DNA from: Candidatus Thorarchaeota archaeon
Lineage (GTDB): Archaea; Asgardarchaeota; Thorarchaeia; Thorarchaeales; Thorarchaeaceae
DNA length: 64,000 nt
NCBI GenBank assembly: GCA_019057475.1
Contig: DXJO01000008.1
Coordinates: 64,001 to 128,000 of the forward strand
Direction: 5' to 3'
Program-made: the position numbers and the translations under genes
In this document: positions 10,606-21,333 of the stretch, piece by piece
Position numbering within the stretch: position 1 is the first letter of the stretch
How the letters are laid out: each line of letters starts with the position of its first letter
Notes under the pieces: model-generated
What the model was told of the DNA's origin: nothing
Databases searched by the model: none
Seen by the model: the letters and a program-made list of their open reading frames with translations, nothing else

Positions 10606-10701
10606 CCCGGGTGTCATGGGTGCACAGAGGTTATGTGTTGACGATATCTTTCTCTGCGCTTGAACAATCCACGCCCACTAGACAGGATGCGACCGTTCTC
10701 G

Positions 10702-11247
10702 CTATGCTCTGACCTTGTCAACCTCGATAGCTCGTCTGACAAGATCTTTGAACATCAAGTCGACGTTGTCACCCGTTTTGGCGGATGTTTCGTAGTACAT
10801 GGCATTCCACATCTTCTGGACCATTTCCCCGGCCTCGGGCGGCACAAATCTATCCTTTCTGTCAATCTTGTTTGCAACTACGGCGACCACTGCATTTGGG
10901 CAAACAGCGATGAACTTGTCGTACCATTCGGTGACTTCGATGAACGTTCCTGGTCGAGTCACATCATAGACAATGAATGCCATGCTGGCACCAGCCATGT
11001 AGCGCCGCCTCAACATGCTGAATCTTGTCTGACCCGCAAGATCCCAGAAGACCACATTGGCACTGATGTGTTCGCCATCTGGCATATCAACGTCTACTGC
11101 CTTCATGGCAATCGTAGTGCCAATGGTCGCCTTGTAGGTCTCACTAAACGTGCGGTCGGTGAACCTCTTGATGCAACTAGTCTTACCTACACCTCCAGCT
11201 CCCAAAGCGACAAGCTTGAACTTGTGAGTAAGCACCCGTCGGGTCAC
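10702..11247 (-). CDS. Rab/Ras-like small GTPase (eukaryotic signature protein)
   Basis: G1 GAGGVGKT, G2 YKATIG, G3 WDLAGQ, G4 NKID, G5 ETSAK; no C-terminal Cys prenylation motif. Confidence 0.92.
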   Translation of the reverse strand: MTRRVLTHKFKLVALGAGGVGKTSCIKRFTDRTFSETYKATIGTTIAMKAVDVDMPDGEHISANVVFWDLAGQTRFSMLRRRYMAGASMAFIVYDVTRPGTFIEVTEWYDKFIAVCPNAVVAVVANKIDRKDRFVPPEAGEMVQKMWNAMYYETSAKTGDNVDLMFKDLVRRAIEVDKVRA

Positions 11248-11384
11248 TCTATTTCCCTTCTATGACTTCTAAACATGATTGCCGTACAAGTATTAGGGTT
11301 TACCGCCTGCGTTCCGCTTGGCCTGCAGAGGGTTTTTCACGTCCCTAAACATCACAGTGAACTACCAGTATCAGGTGTGCGACA

Positions 11385-12200
11385 GTGAATCTCCCTCGAC
11401 TTCTGTTCAGATATCCCGGCGGCAAATTCTATGCTCTCAAGCTGCTGAGACCCTTCTGGCAGAACACCCCTCACGATGAATACCGGGAGGTTATGGTTGG
11501 GGGTGGTGCTGTCTTCTTCGACAAGCCAAAGGTTAGGCACAACTGGCTGAACGACAAGCACGAGGATCTGATGACTACCTATAGAACAGTTGCTGACCCG
11601 GAACTGAGAGGGCGGCTTGTGGAGCTGTTTGAGAAAGAGGTTGCCACCAAGGAACGACACGCAGAGATGAAGGAGTTCATTCCAAGCAATGATTTCGATA
11701 TTGCACTGAAATTCTTCTATCTGAACCGGACTTCATTCAGCGGCAAGACTAGGTCACCATCGTGGGGCTGGCGTCCCGTTAGAAGTCTTCCACCCAATCG
11801 CTGGAAAGAGAGAATCAGACCGTGTGGTGAAAAACTGGAAGATACAAAGATGACATGCTTAGACTTCGAGGATGTCATCATTGCTCCCTCCCTTGGAGCG
11901 TCTACACTGCTGTTCGTGGACCCTCCTTACTTTCTCGCCAAACAAGAGAATCACTATTCCGAATCGTTCTCAGAGAACGATCACTACCGACTAGCAGCAG
12001 TGCTTGAGAAGACATCGCACAAGTTCTTCCTAACTTATGATGATTGCAAAGAGATTCGCGAGCTGTACAGTTTTGCAAGGATTAGCCAGAATAGGTTTCT
12101 CTATCGCATAGATAACTCAAGAAACCGGGGAGGAAAACGAAAATATGGGAACGAGCTTGTAATAACCAACTATGACCATGAGAAGGCCTTGGAATGTTGA
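11385..12200 (+). CDS. dam: DNA adenine methylase (Dam/D12 family), copy A
   Basis: RYPGGK, VGGGAV, YLNRTSFSG, DPPY, ELVITNY. Confidence 0.88.
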   Translation: MNLPRLLFRYPGGKFYALKLLRPFWQNTPHDEYREVMVGGGAVFFDKPKVRHNWLNDKHEDLMTTYRTVADPELRGRLVELFEKEVATKERHAEMKEFIPSNDFDIALKFFYLNRTSFSGKTRSPSWGWRPVRSLPPNRWKERIRPCGEKLEDTKMTCLDFEDVIIAPSLGASTLLFVDPPYFLAKQENHYSESFSENDHYRLAAVLEKTSHKFFLTYDDCKEIRELYSFARISQNRFLYRIDNSRNRGGKRKYGNELVITNYDHEKALEC

Positions 12201-12214
12201 CCACAACATTCACA

Positions 12215-12259
12215 TTCAAGTTTGCTGAGCCTTCTTGCTACGAGGCTGACCAGAAGCAA
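12215..12259 (+). pseudogene. Decayed fragment of a second Dam domain (B type)
   Basis: FKFAEPSCYEADQKQ versus FMFIDPPYYEADQKR in the gene at 20316; 14-nt exact match GAGGCTGACCAGAA (12242-12255 and 20871-20884). Confidence 0.6.
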
Positions 12260-12979
12260 GGAGGAGCTTGCTGGTCATCTGCAAGTAACAGAGGAAAAAG
12301 AAAAGGGCGCGGTAGAGTGTTGGCGGAAAGAGGGCTGTAAACAGCTGCTGCAAAGTTGGACATATCTGGACAATTTCATTGTGGGCTTCATATAGACCAA
12401 TTCGACATTGATCTCCGAGGAATATGACACACCTGTGAAGGTTCCTCACGGAGTAGTCCAGTGCTGTTTTCTGGACGTACTAGACTTCGGTGTCAAACTT
12501 TGTACAACCTACAATGAACGGTTCGTATGGAGGGAAGGTATCGCGTGTAACGGGAGGAAAAAAGAGCCCGCCAACCCGCGCCACTGTCCATGCATGCCTG
12601 TGAGGCCATTTAAGCATCCATGAAAAACCACGGGGAGCGCAAGAGCAAGGTCAGACGCAACAGATCTACACAATGCATGGAGCCCCCGGCGAGTGCGGTG
12701 TCAAGCAGCTGGTCGAACTGTGAAAGATAATGCTTCAAGTGTCACTCATTCGCTTTTCCCAGCCAAGTCCTGCCAAGAGCAGTTCACAAAATCGGGACGA
12801 TACACGATAAATCGAACAGATACAACGAAGATTCGATTATATTATTTCATGGTAAATCGTTATATGCCTGTTCAGTCAGCTGCTTTCAGAGTCGCCCCAG
12901 CAGAAAATTGCAAGGGAATAACACTGCGACGAGGGCTGGATATCCAAGCTGAATGGACCGATTGCCAATCCAAAGGTGT

Positions 12980-15900
12980 ATGCAGATGAGAATCAGTAGA
13001 AATTCCGTGGGTTTTGCATTCCTGATGACATTGTTACTTGTGTCAGGCTTTCTTTCGCAAATGGGGACTGCATCGCCTAATCTGAGTACTGTAGGAGCGA
13101 TGCCGCACGCAATAGATAATATGCTGAGCCCTGACGCATCGGGTCCTGAAGCAGTGTATGTCACATCCGATCTCCCCTCATCGACAACCGGCACAGGATT
13201 GTTATTGCATGTAGTCGAATATGCTAATGGAACCTTTGTCGAACGCAACACAAGAGCAAACGAATCAACCACTTTCTATCCTCAGAGGTTCGATATTCCA
13301 CAGGGGTGGCACACCACTCAGATCACAGCAATAAGCTCTAAGATGTATCATCTCAGAGATTGGGTACAGAACGGAAATTTCTCAGCCATCACCGGCTGGT
13401 CGTACAACGAGGATCCCAGTCCCACTGGTGTTCTAACAGAGGATTACGATGGCATCAATGACTGGATTACGATTGTTCGTGAATCTGGTGGAAAAGTGCA
13501 ATACGACTATTGGGGCTCGTGGAATCAAACAGTGCAAGTCATCGAGGGTGGAGCTGCCTCTGCAACGCTGAATGTCACTTACAAAATCGATACCACAACA
13601 GGCACCAACGGGCAAACTGCAGAACCGTATCTCTTCGTCAATGGTTCAATGTATGAACTACCATCCGGAGGAAGAAGATTCAGCAGCAATCAAGACTGGA
13701 CTACCTATTCCGTTGAGCTACCGCTTTCTGAATTCACCTTTCCAGGCGACCTAGAAGTGGCGTTGGGCATTCGAGGCTGGAATGGAACTCAGTTCCAGAC
13801 AAAGGGTACCTTAACTTGCGACAATGTCACGTTGACTCTACGGACCTCAAGATTCGTCGAGGCAGTTGACCTGAGAACACGCGACAAAGATGACCCCCCA
13901 AACACGGTGCAGTTCACAACGGGAGCAGGTGGAAAAGGCTATGCCACCCTCTCAGGCAACTGGACAAATTATGTAGAGTTAGAGTTTCTAGCCAATGAAA
14001 CGGGTACTGAGTTCAGTCTGGACCTCTTCATGCATTTGATGCGAAATAACAATCTTGATACCAATACATACACTGTCGCAAACGGCACTGATGCAACTTG
14101 GGACTGTGCTTTTACCGCGCGGGAGATGGCTTACCCATTTACATCCCACTACTTCAATGTGTCAATTCCTCATGATTGGACTCTTGAATCGGTGTATGAT
14201 GCATACAATGACCTTCAGCTGTCTGGCACAACCTACTACAATGCCACATACTACGGGGCCGAATCAATACTCGTATGCGATGTCTATGGTACTGGTGTAA
14301 GCGGAACGCCCCACTACGGCACCTGGACCTTTTCGTCGACCGCCCCCAACTACGGCAAGGCCCTCTCGTCATGGGGTGCACCGGACGGATACTGGACTGA
14401 AACGATCAACTTCTATCCGGGCTCAGATCTCCGGGTCAATGTCACATTCAGCGATGGAATAGAATCCCCCCCGACTTCTCCGGGTAACGGAACGCTGAAT
14501 CTCTACAATGTGGAAACACAACTTGTATACACCGAGTCTGGAGGTGCTCTGGACGTTTCTGGCTTACACATTTACCAGAATGGAACAGGCATATCAAACA
14601 TCACAATTCAACCCTCGTGGCTTGCTGGATCAATCACAGCAATCGCTTCATGGGGCAACGGAACGTCGGTGGGAGAAATCAGGAAGCAGTTCTTCATCTA
14701 TCACAGAACTGAACTAGAGATAGAGGCAGCAGTCTATTACGCGTTTCGAGGGGACACAATCTCCGTAAGAGTCAAGTATGTTGACTCTGAAACAGGACTT
14801 GGTATTCCTGCAGCCTCGCTCTACTATAACTGGACCTATGGTTCAGACGCCATGGGGTATGCTGGTAACGGATGGTACGCAGGATATGTGGATACCTCAA
14901 TGGCCATGATAGGAGATTATCCAGTCACGGTGAACGCATCCAAAGAGTATAACGACTTTGCACTGACAACTGGCATCACAATCAAAATCCAAGAGAGAAC
15001 CACGCTCTTCTCACCTAGGAGCCTGCAAACCCCAACCACTGACTATGAGATCCCATGGGGGAACTCGAAGGTCATCTACTTGGCCTACGAGGATACCATT
15101 CAAATGAATCCTGTGGCCCTGAGTGCCAATCCAGGCAGTCCTGGGAGTCCAGATGTGACTGACACGTACACTTCCAACAATGTCTACGCGACGGTGACCA
15201 GTGTAGGCAATGAAATCTCTCTTACAGTTGAAACCAATGTCACCCCTTACGGTTTCCTGACCGCTGACCTCACTTCGATGTCCTACAAGGCTGAGGGTAA
15301 GTTTAGCGTCGCAGTTAGCACCGGATCTGTTTATGCCTATAACTTCAGCAGTGGCTCCTGGGTGATAATCATTGATTCATACCAACCAGTTGTCGACACC
15401 ACTCTCTCATGGAAGACCCTCAAGCCAAGTGATTTCATCTCTACAGGCGGTATTGTGCGGGCTCGGGTCAATGCAACCCATTCTGCATCCTTTAGCTTCG
15501 ATCTCGACCTCTTCGATTTTGTGGCCAACCGCCCTATCGATGACACTGAACCAAGTGTTTTGATTAAATCAGATTGGCCAGCACAGTCTGTCGTTGGCAC
15601 TCAAGTAGGACCCGTCTACAACGCATCTCTGAATATCTGGCAGGTCACACTGAACACGAGGGATGTTGTACCTGGTGAATACACAGTACTCATTGAGGCC
15701 TCAGCCACTGGACACCAGAGCAAATCCCTAGAGTTGACAGTTGCTCTAAAAGCCCATCAGAGCCGGGTGTCGGTGTATCCACTCTCAGAAACTCCTTGGA
15801 GCTGGAAGACATGGATTAACGTTTCAATTACGGACACAGACAACTCGTCAATGGTGCTTTCGGAGAACAACATCTCATTGATTCAAGTGGAATCCGCTTA

Positions 15901-18508
15901 TGGTATTCAGTTTTTCACCTCATCCAATTGGACGTACAGCGACTCAAGTGGATATGCTGAAGTTGCTCTCCATCTTGACACAAGCGCATGGGACATCGGT
16001 TCTCACTCTGTGACAGTCACAGTGACTACATCAGGCACAGGTCTATCCAAGTTCTTTAATGATCCATCATTACAGCATGTGGATATTGGAATCAGGCGGG
16101 TCAGGACAGGACTCTACGTTGACAGCTCCATAATTTCGGTGAACTGGAGCGATCAGGTGAATCTTGCAGCTTGTTATGATAACCTAGATATAGGTGAACT
16201 GGTGCTTGGCGCAACCGTAAAGGCATCATTGAGTGGCCTATCATTTGATCTTACTTCGAATGGTACAGCGTACACAGCTCACATTGACACTGCACCGCTG
16301 GATGTTGGAACCTACATCATTACCATAACGGCCAACAAGACGAACTTCGAAACCAAAATCATTCAGGTCACTCTTGTTGTGTTTGTTCTTCAGACTGTGA
16401 TGGAGAGTGCAGATGGATTGTATTCATTCTCTGTCGTAAGTGGAGAACATGTCGACCTGTTAGTATACTATTACGAGCTGGCATTTGGACTTGGCGTAGG
16501 CGATGCCACTGTGTCATACGTCTGGGACCTCGGCAGCGGGCTGCTTGTCACAAATGGTACAGCTGGATACTACACGGCAACAATCAATGCAACGGCTTAT
16601 GTGAACATATACACGATCTCCGTGAGAGCCAACAAAACGAACTACGCCACAACCAGCATCTACTTCAGTCTCGATGTGGGCCTTGTTGAAACCGAGCTAT
16701 CATCGGTCGGTGAGCCTACTCTCCGAGTCGTCTTTGGTGAAATGGCATTCATGGTGGTCAACTACACCAGCAAGAATTTGGAAGAACCTGTCACAGGTGC
16801 CTCCTTGCAGTTTAGGTTTGGTGACACAAACTACACAGGCATCCTAACTGAGTCCCAACCAGGAATCTACAACGCCACGATTGACTCCTCTCAACTGCAC
16901 GCCGGGACGTTCAGTTTCTATATTGTGGCGACGAAGGCCGGATACAAGGCTGGTACTCTCGCTCGCCTCTTGGAAGTAGCCCAGATTGACACAATTCTTA
17001 CCTCTACACATCCACCGCTGACTGTTGTCTATGAGTCAATTGCCACATTCTTCTTCAACTACACAGATGTATATTACGGGCTTCCAATAGAGAATGCTAC
17101 ACTTGAGTACACATGGTTGGGTGGGACGGGCATCCTCGATGAGATGGGAAACGGAATCTACAGCACTGAGTTTGACAGCGTTCTCGTGGGTTTCGGACTG
17201 CACAATGTCCATGTGAGCGCTTCCAAGAGCAACTATGTGTTCAGAACTGCATCGTCGACGCTCGAGGTACGCGTCATAGCCGCCGAGGTCATTGTTGATG
17301 AGTACTACACGATTCCTATTGGCGACGCCTTGACAATCCATGTTATCTACAATGATACATCCTACAACAGATTGATCAATGATGCCACAGCTCTGGCAGT
17401 ATGGAGCTACGGAAACGTAGACCTCATTCCCACGGGAGATGGCCAATACTCATTCACAATACCTGAAACCCTTGCAATGGACACCTTCTACGTGACATTC
17501 ATCCTCAGCAAAGCTAACCACGAAAGTGTCAGTGTGCGCGTAACAATTATCGTGCGAGAGATCGCCACTCATCTCTCAACACTCAGTGGCGACAACTTCG
17601 TGGGTGCCACAATCGGTGAGTTAGTCCAGATAACCATGGTCTACACTGATACCGACCACAACATACCCATATCAGGCGCCATACTCTCTGTAACACAAGA
17701 GAGTGGAATTATTGATGAGAGCGATTGGACAGTTGTTGAGGGTCTTGTCCCTGGCCAGTATGTCATATCATTCGTCGTACCGGTTGACGAGCAGTTCAGC
17801 ATACTGGTAAGTGCTCAGAACGGGGAGAACTACAATGCACAGGAGATTACTATTGCAATAGTCGCTACTCCAGTTACAGTGGATCCGCTGACGTCGATGA
17901 TGACCTTATTCGGGAGTCTCGGTGTGATATTCTTCCTTGTTTGCGCTCTTCTCTATGTCAAGATCTTCAGCGTTCCGATAGTGATTCGTCGTCTGAATAG
18001 AATGATCAAGGTAATGTCCAAGGGCGGGATACCCAAGGTCCCGGAGGCCCCAGGTAGAGATGAGATAATCCAAGATATTATCAACACAGGCCTGGCCCCG
18101 GTCAACATATACAAGTCACTTGATGAGATTCCCAAGGAAACTATCGAGCTCATGATACCTGAAACTGAAGCGCTGCTTCAGGAACTGGCGGAGATAACAG
18201 GTCTCACTGAGGATGACATAGCAGCACTCCATTCTGACCTTCTGAGAATGAAGCCTAGTGAGAGGCCCGGGTTCCTAATGGAGGTCATTCGTCAGGAGAA
18301 AGCCAGAAGGTCAAAAATCCTCGCTGAGAAAAAGGAGGAGTCAAAGAGAAGAGCAATCACCAAGGCCGAGCTTGAGGATGTGCGGGCTAGGCTTGAGGCC
18401 ATGGGCTTCGATGAAGGTCAGCTTGAACTGATTATGGAAAATGCGAAGAATCTAACCAAGGCTGAGGTAGATGCTCTGTTGGATAGCATGGGGGACTCCA
18501 CTAGGTAG
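12980..18508 (+). CDS. Giant cell-surface glycoprotein with repeated Ig-like/beta-sandwich domains, single C-terminal TM and helical cytoplasmic tail
   Basis: Signal peptide, many N-x-S/T sequons, repeated 'G.Y.I.I.A.K.NY' modules, TM near aa 1650, charged tail of about 180 aa. Confidence 0.85.
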   Translation: MQMRISRNSVGFAFLMTLLLVSGFLSQMGTASPNLSTVGAMPHAIDNMLSPDASGPEAVYVTSDLPSSTTGTGLLLHVVEYANGTFVERNTRANESTTFYPQRFDIPQGWHTTQITAISSKMYHLRDWVQNGNFSAITGWSYNEDPSPTGVLTEDYDGINDWITIVRESGGKVQYDYWGSWNQTVQVIEGGAASATLNVTYKIDTTTGTNGQTAEPYLFVNGSMYELPSGGRRFSSNQDWTTYSVELPLSEFTFPGDLEVALGIRGWNGTQFQTKGTLTCDNVTLTLRTSRFVEAVDLRTRDKDDPPNTVQFTTGAGGKGYATLSGNWTNYVELEFLANETGTEFSLDLFMHLMRNNNLDTNTYTVANGTDATWDCAFTAREMAYPFTSHYFNVSIPHDWTLESVYDAYNDLQLSGTTYYNATYYGAESILVCDVYGTGVSGTPHYGTWTFSSTAPNYGKALSSWGAPDGYWTETINFYPGSDLRVNVTFSDGIESPPTSPGNGTLNLYNVETQLVYTESGGALDVSGLHIYQNGTGISNITIQPSWLAGSITAIASWGNGTSVGEIRKQFFIYHRTELEIEAAVYYAFRGDTISVRVKYVDSETGLGIPAASLYYNWTYGSDAMGYAGNGWYAGYVDTSMAMIGDYPVTVNASKEYNDFALTTGITIKIQERTTLFSPRSLQTPTTDYEIPWGNSKVIYLAYEDTIQMNPVALSANPGSPGSPDVTDTYTSNNVYATVTSVGNEISLTVETNVTPYGFLTADLTSMSYKAEGKFSVAVSTGSVYAYNFSSGSWVIIIDSYQPVVDTTLSWKTLKPSDFISTGGIVRARVNATHSASFSFDLDLFDFVANRPIDDTEPSVLIKSDWPAQSVVGTQVGPVYNASLNIWQVTLNTRDVVPGEYTVLIEASATGHQSKSLELTVALKAHQSRVSVYPLSETPWSWKTWINVSITDTDNSSMVLSENNISLIQVESAYGIQFFTSSNWTYSDSSGYAEVALHLDTSAWDIGSHSVTVTVTTSGTGLSKFFNDPSLQHVDIGIRRVRTGLYVDSSIISVNWSDQVNLAACYDNLDIGELVLGATVKASLSGLSFDLTSNGTAYTAHIDTAPLDVGTYIITITANKTNFETKIIQVTLVVFVLQTVMESADGLYSFSVVSGEHVDLLVYYYELAFGLGVGDATVSYVWDLGSGLLVTNGTAGYYTATINATAYVNIYTISVRANKTNYATTSIYFSLDVGLVETELSSVGEPTLRVVFGEMAFMVVNYTSKNLEEPVTGASLQFRFGDTNYTGILTESQPGIYNATIDSSQLHAGTFSFYIVATKAGYKAGTLARLLEVAQIDTILTSTHPPLTVVYESIATFFFNYTDVYYGLPIENATLEYTWLGGTGILDEMGNGIYSTEFDSVLVGFGLHNVHVSASKSNYVFRTASSTLEVRVIAAEVIVDEYYTIPIGDALTIHVIYNDTSYNRLINDATALAVWSYGNVDLIPTGDGQYSFTIPETLAMDTFYVTFILSKANHESVSVRVTIIVREIATHLSTLSGDNFVGATIGELVQITMVYTDTDHNIPISGAILSVTQESGIIDESDWTVVEGLVPGQYVISFVVPVDEQFSILVSAQNGENYNAQEITIAIVATPVTVDPLTSMMTLFGSLGVIFFLVCALLYVKIFSVPIVIRRLNRMIKVMSKGGIPKVPEAPGRDEIIQDIINTGLAPVNIYKSLDEIPKETIELMIPETEALLQELAEITGLTEDDIAALHSDLLRMKPSERPGFLMEVIRQEKARRSKILAEKKEESKRRAITKAELEDVRARLEAMGFDEGQLELIMENAKNLTKAEVDALLDSMGDSTR

Positions 18509-18573
18509 AACCACATTCTCCGGAGTAATACTGAAGGCTTGACGTCGACCAGAATGCCCCCAACTTGTGACAC

Positions 18574-19472
18574 ATGAGTTCTTTGATGGCCTTGGCGGAT
18601 TGCAACCCAACAATTGGCTACATTGACGACCTACTATTGACCTATTCTCTCGACATAGCTCTCTACGAACTTGGCTCTCTCGGCTCTGCATTTGTGGCTG
18701 AGCTGCGCAAATGGGCCAGCTGCCAGTACACTCTGGACCTCAATGAGGGGGTCTCAGATAAGAGAATCAAGTCTGTCACTCTCTTACTGGGCTCAGCACT
18801 CAACTCCACAATCCATATCACAAGCTCCCTGAATCTCAACTCCACAGTCATCTTCTCGAACAATGCTCGTTTATCCTATGACAATCAAAGCTTCAAGTAC
18901 GATGCTTCAGGAACCGTTGCCCGAAACTTGTACAATCTTGGACATCAACGTCCTTGACTGATGTTTGGTTCCTGATTCATTGAGGTCTGCTCTGCAGATC
19001 CTACTGGATCTGCGACAAGTCTTGCGTCCTCTCCACAGGCGTTTTCTGTCTCCATCCAACTGGCGGCGACCGAAGTTCATGCAGGCCCTAGCAATCAGCA
19101 TTGAACATCCACACTAATCAATCCTGAGCAGTATGTTATAACCACCTACAAAATGTCTAAGAATGTACAAGTTCTTGGCAGCTGTTGCATACCCTCCGCT
19201 TTGGATTTGGTGAAGATGTAAGACTCAGCCGGTGGTTTCGCGTTTGGATTGACACAGACATGGCAGCCGTATACATTGACCTACTCGACAGTCATGGTGG
19301 TAAGATCACCTTTTCCTACCTGACAGACTACCTCATAGCAGACATTGACGGTTGGTACTCCTGTGGTGCCCGTATGTATTCCGCCGAGGTCAAACTCACG
19401 CCACCTGTAGTTGATGTTGCGGTCAGCACGAATACTGCTGTGGTGGTTCTGTACGACTGGAACTTCTTTTGA
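18574..19472 (+). pseudogene. Fragmented ORFs, probably a decayed surface-protein gene
   Basis: Short beta-rich fragments (18574-18957, 19185-19472) separated by stops; no coherent full-length ORF. Confidence 0.3.
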
Positions 19473-19577
19473 CCAGACCGCCTTACTCCTTCGTAGTTGT
19501 AGCCCCCTTGCTAGGAATATGGCCTTACGTGTCTGCTTCTCCGCAGTTGTAGCTAATTACCAGTACCCCAAAGCAGA

Positions 19578-19964
19578 TTGATAGGACTGTATCTCTCTCC
19601 ACTCGCATTAGCTGCTGAGAGCATGAAAAATCGTAGCCTCTGTGAATACAGTGAGGACGGCACCTGCGTACTTCGCAGTGATGAAACAGTGTATTGCCCA
19701 TTCTCAGGTCAACTTGGAGCATGGGGTTTCGCAGGGCTCTTTGTCTACCAGTTCTACGAGATGAGGGAACAGGTACTGCACTTGGCTAACGGTCGGGAAG
19801 TGATAGAGCTCTCTCTAGAACGGGCATTTGAAGTGCCAAGCCGCAGCTACGTAGAGTCTGGGTTAGGTCCCATCACCTTCACTGACTTCCTGCGAGGAGT
19901 GGAGGAAACAGTAACATCATTTGTAGCAAACCTTTCGTGGTTGCCTCCAGTTCCTGACGAGTGA
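19578..19964 (+). CDS. Hypothetical protein with three N-terminal Cys
   Basis: 128-aa ORF containing CEYSEDGTC...YCPF. Confidence 0.4.
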   Translation: MIGLYLSPLALAAESMKNRSLCEYSEDGTCVLRSDETVYCPFSGQLGAWGFAGLFVYQFYEMREQVLHLANGREVIELSLERAFEVPSRSYVESGLGPITFTDFLRGVEETVTSFVANLSWLPPVPDE

Positions 19965-20108
19965 CTTGTTTCGTCGAACGGTAGCAAGTTCCTGCTGGTT
20001 ATGTTGACACCGTCGATTATGACAGTTTCTGTGGTAGTCCTGTCGAGAGCGCCGATAAGTTGTCTTTCCCGACCCGGGTGGTCCCATTATCCAGTAGATT
20101 GCCAGCAT
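19917..20108 (-). pseudogene. Truncated P-loop NTPase/kinase fragment
   Basis: MLAIYWIMGPPGSGKTT Walker A followed by non-protein-like sequence. Confidence 0.45.
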
Positions 20109-20315
20109 ACTTAATACAGTCGTGTGAATAGCCGCGTCGACAAATTGGTTCAAAAATGGTGTATGATAGTGCAGGGGGATAACTCAAGAGACCGGAGTGG
20201 GCGCCGCAAGTCCGGTCAGGAATTAGTCATTACGAACTACGACCCTCAGATAACTGTGGAAGAAACCACGACCCACACAGGGGGTGACGCCATTCATTCT
20301 GAAATCACCACAAGA

Positions 20316-21116
20316 ATGATGGACCGCTCTATCAAGTCTCCATTCCGGTTTCCTGGCAGCAAGGCTCAGGCAATCAAGTACATTCGACCCCACTGGGAGA
20401 GCAATCCACACGCCGAGTATCGAGAACCATTCCTTGGTGGTGGTGCAGTGTTTTTCTCGAAGCTAAGGGTTCCATCTATCTGGCTGAACGACATTGACGA
20501 AGAACTTGTCACTACATACAAAACAATACAGGACGCTGAATCATGCTCCCTTCTGATGGAACGAGTGAGTCAGGAAGAAGCAACAAAAGAACGCCACACG
20601 GAGATGAAGCACTGGAAACCGAAGACCGCCCTGGACATTGCTCATCGCTATTTCTACCTCAATCGTACATCGTACAGTGGTATAATGAAGAAACCCGCGT
20701 GGGGGTATCACCCGAAGAAGAGTGTCCCCCCGGAGCGGTGGGGACCACGAATCCTGCAAGCACATGAGAAGCTACAAGGTGCCAAAATCACATCTCAGGA
20801 CTTCGAGTCCATAATCGAGGCACCCGCACAAAATAATGGCGTCTTCATGTTCATCGATCCTCCGTACTATGAGGCTGACCAGAAACGGGCGTATAAGCAC
20901 TCATTCACTCAGGCTGACCATGTGCGGCTCGCTGCCATTCTCAAGGGGACCGACCTGCCCTTCTGCCTGACCTATGATAATTGCGAGCCAGTTAGAAACC
21001 TCTATGACTGGGCCACAATAACTCCGGTTTCTTGGAGGTATCACACAGCAAATTCTCGAAAGGCTAGCAGGAAGATGGGTCAAGAACTTATCATCAGCAA
21101 CTACAAACTCGAATGA
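20316..21116 (+). CDS. dam: DNA adenine methylase (Dam/D12 family), copy B; the ORF extends upstream to 20124 through a remnant of another Dam domain
   Basis: RFPGSK, EPFLGGGAV, YLNRTSYSG, DPPY, ELIISNY. Confidence 0.88.
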   Translation: MMDRSIKSPFRFPGSKAQAIKYIRPHWESNPHAEYREPFLGGGAVFFSKLRVPSIWLNDIDEELVTTYKTIQDAESCSLLMERVSQEEATKERHTEMKHWKPKTALDIAHRYFYLNRTSYSGIMKKPAWGYHPKKSVPPERWGPRILQAHEKLQGAKITSQDFESIIEAPAQNNGVFMFIDPPYYEADQKRAYKHSFTQADHVRLAAILKGTDLPFCLTYDNCEPVRNLYDWATITPVSWRYHTANSRKASRKMGQELIISNYKLE

Positions 21117-21333
21117 AGCCCTGAATCTTGGCCTGTCTTGAGCTTGGCCATATGTTAAGTTCGCAAGAACGATGTTGGTCCTCTGTTAAGACCGAGCCTT
21201 CGTTTCTTCTCATTTTTCGAGCACTATGATTTCTGGAGGTCCTAGAATGGTGTTTGGGTCTAGTCTGGGCGGTTTCTAAGGGAGACGCCATTACTACAAC
21301 TGCTAATATGCAAAATGACAATCGTTCTGTTGA

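Noticed and set aside
12192-12200. Dam A ends ...GAA TGT TGA (Cys next to TGA), a possible CU selenocysteine read-through
   Set aside because: The Dam domain is already complete, the downstream frame is not protein-like, and I found no SECIS-like hairpin nearby
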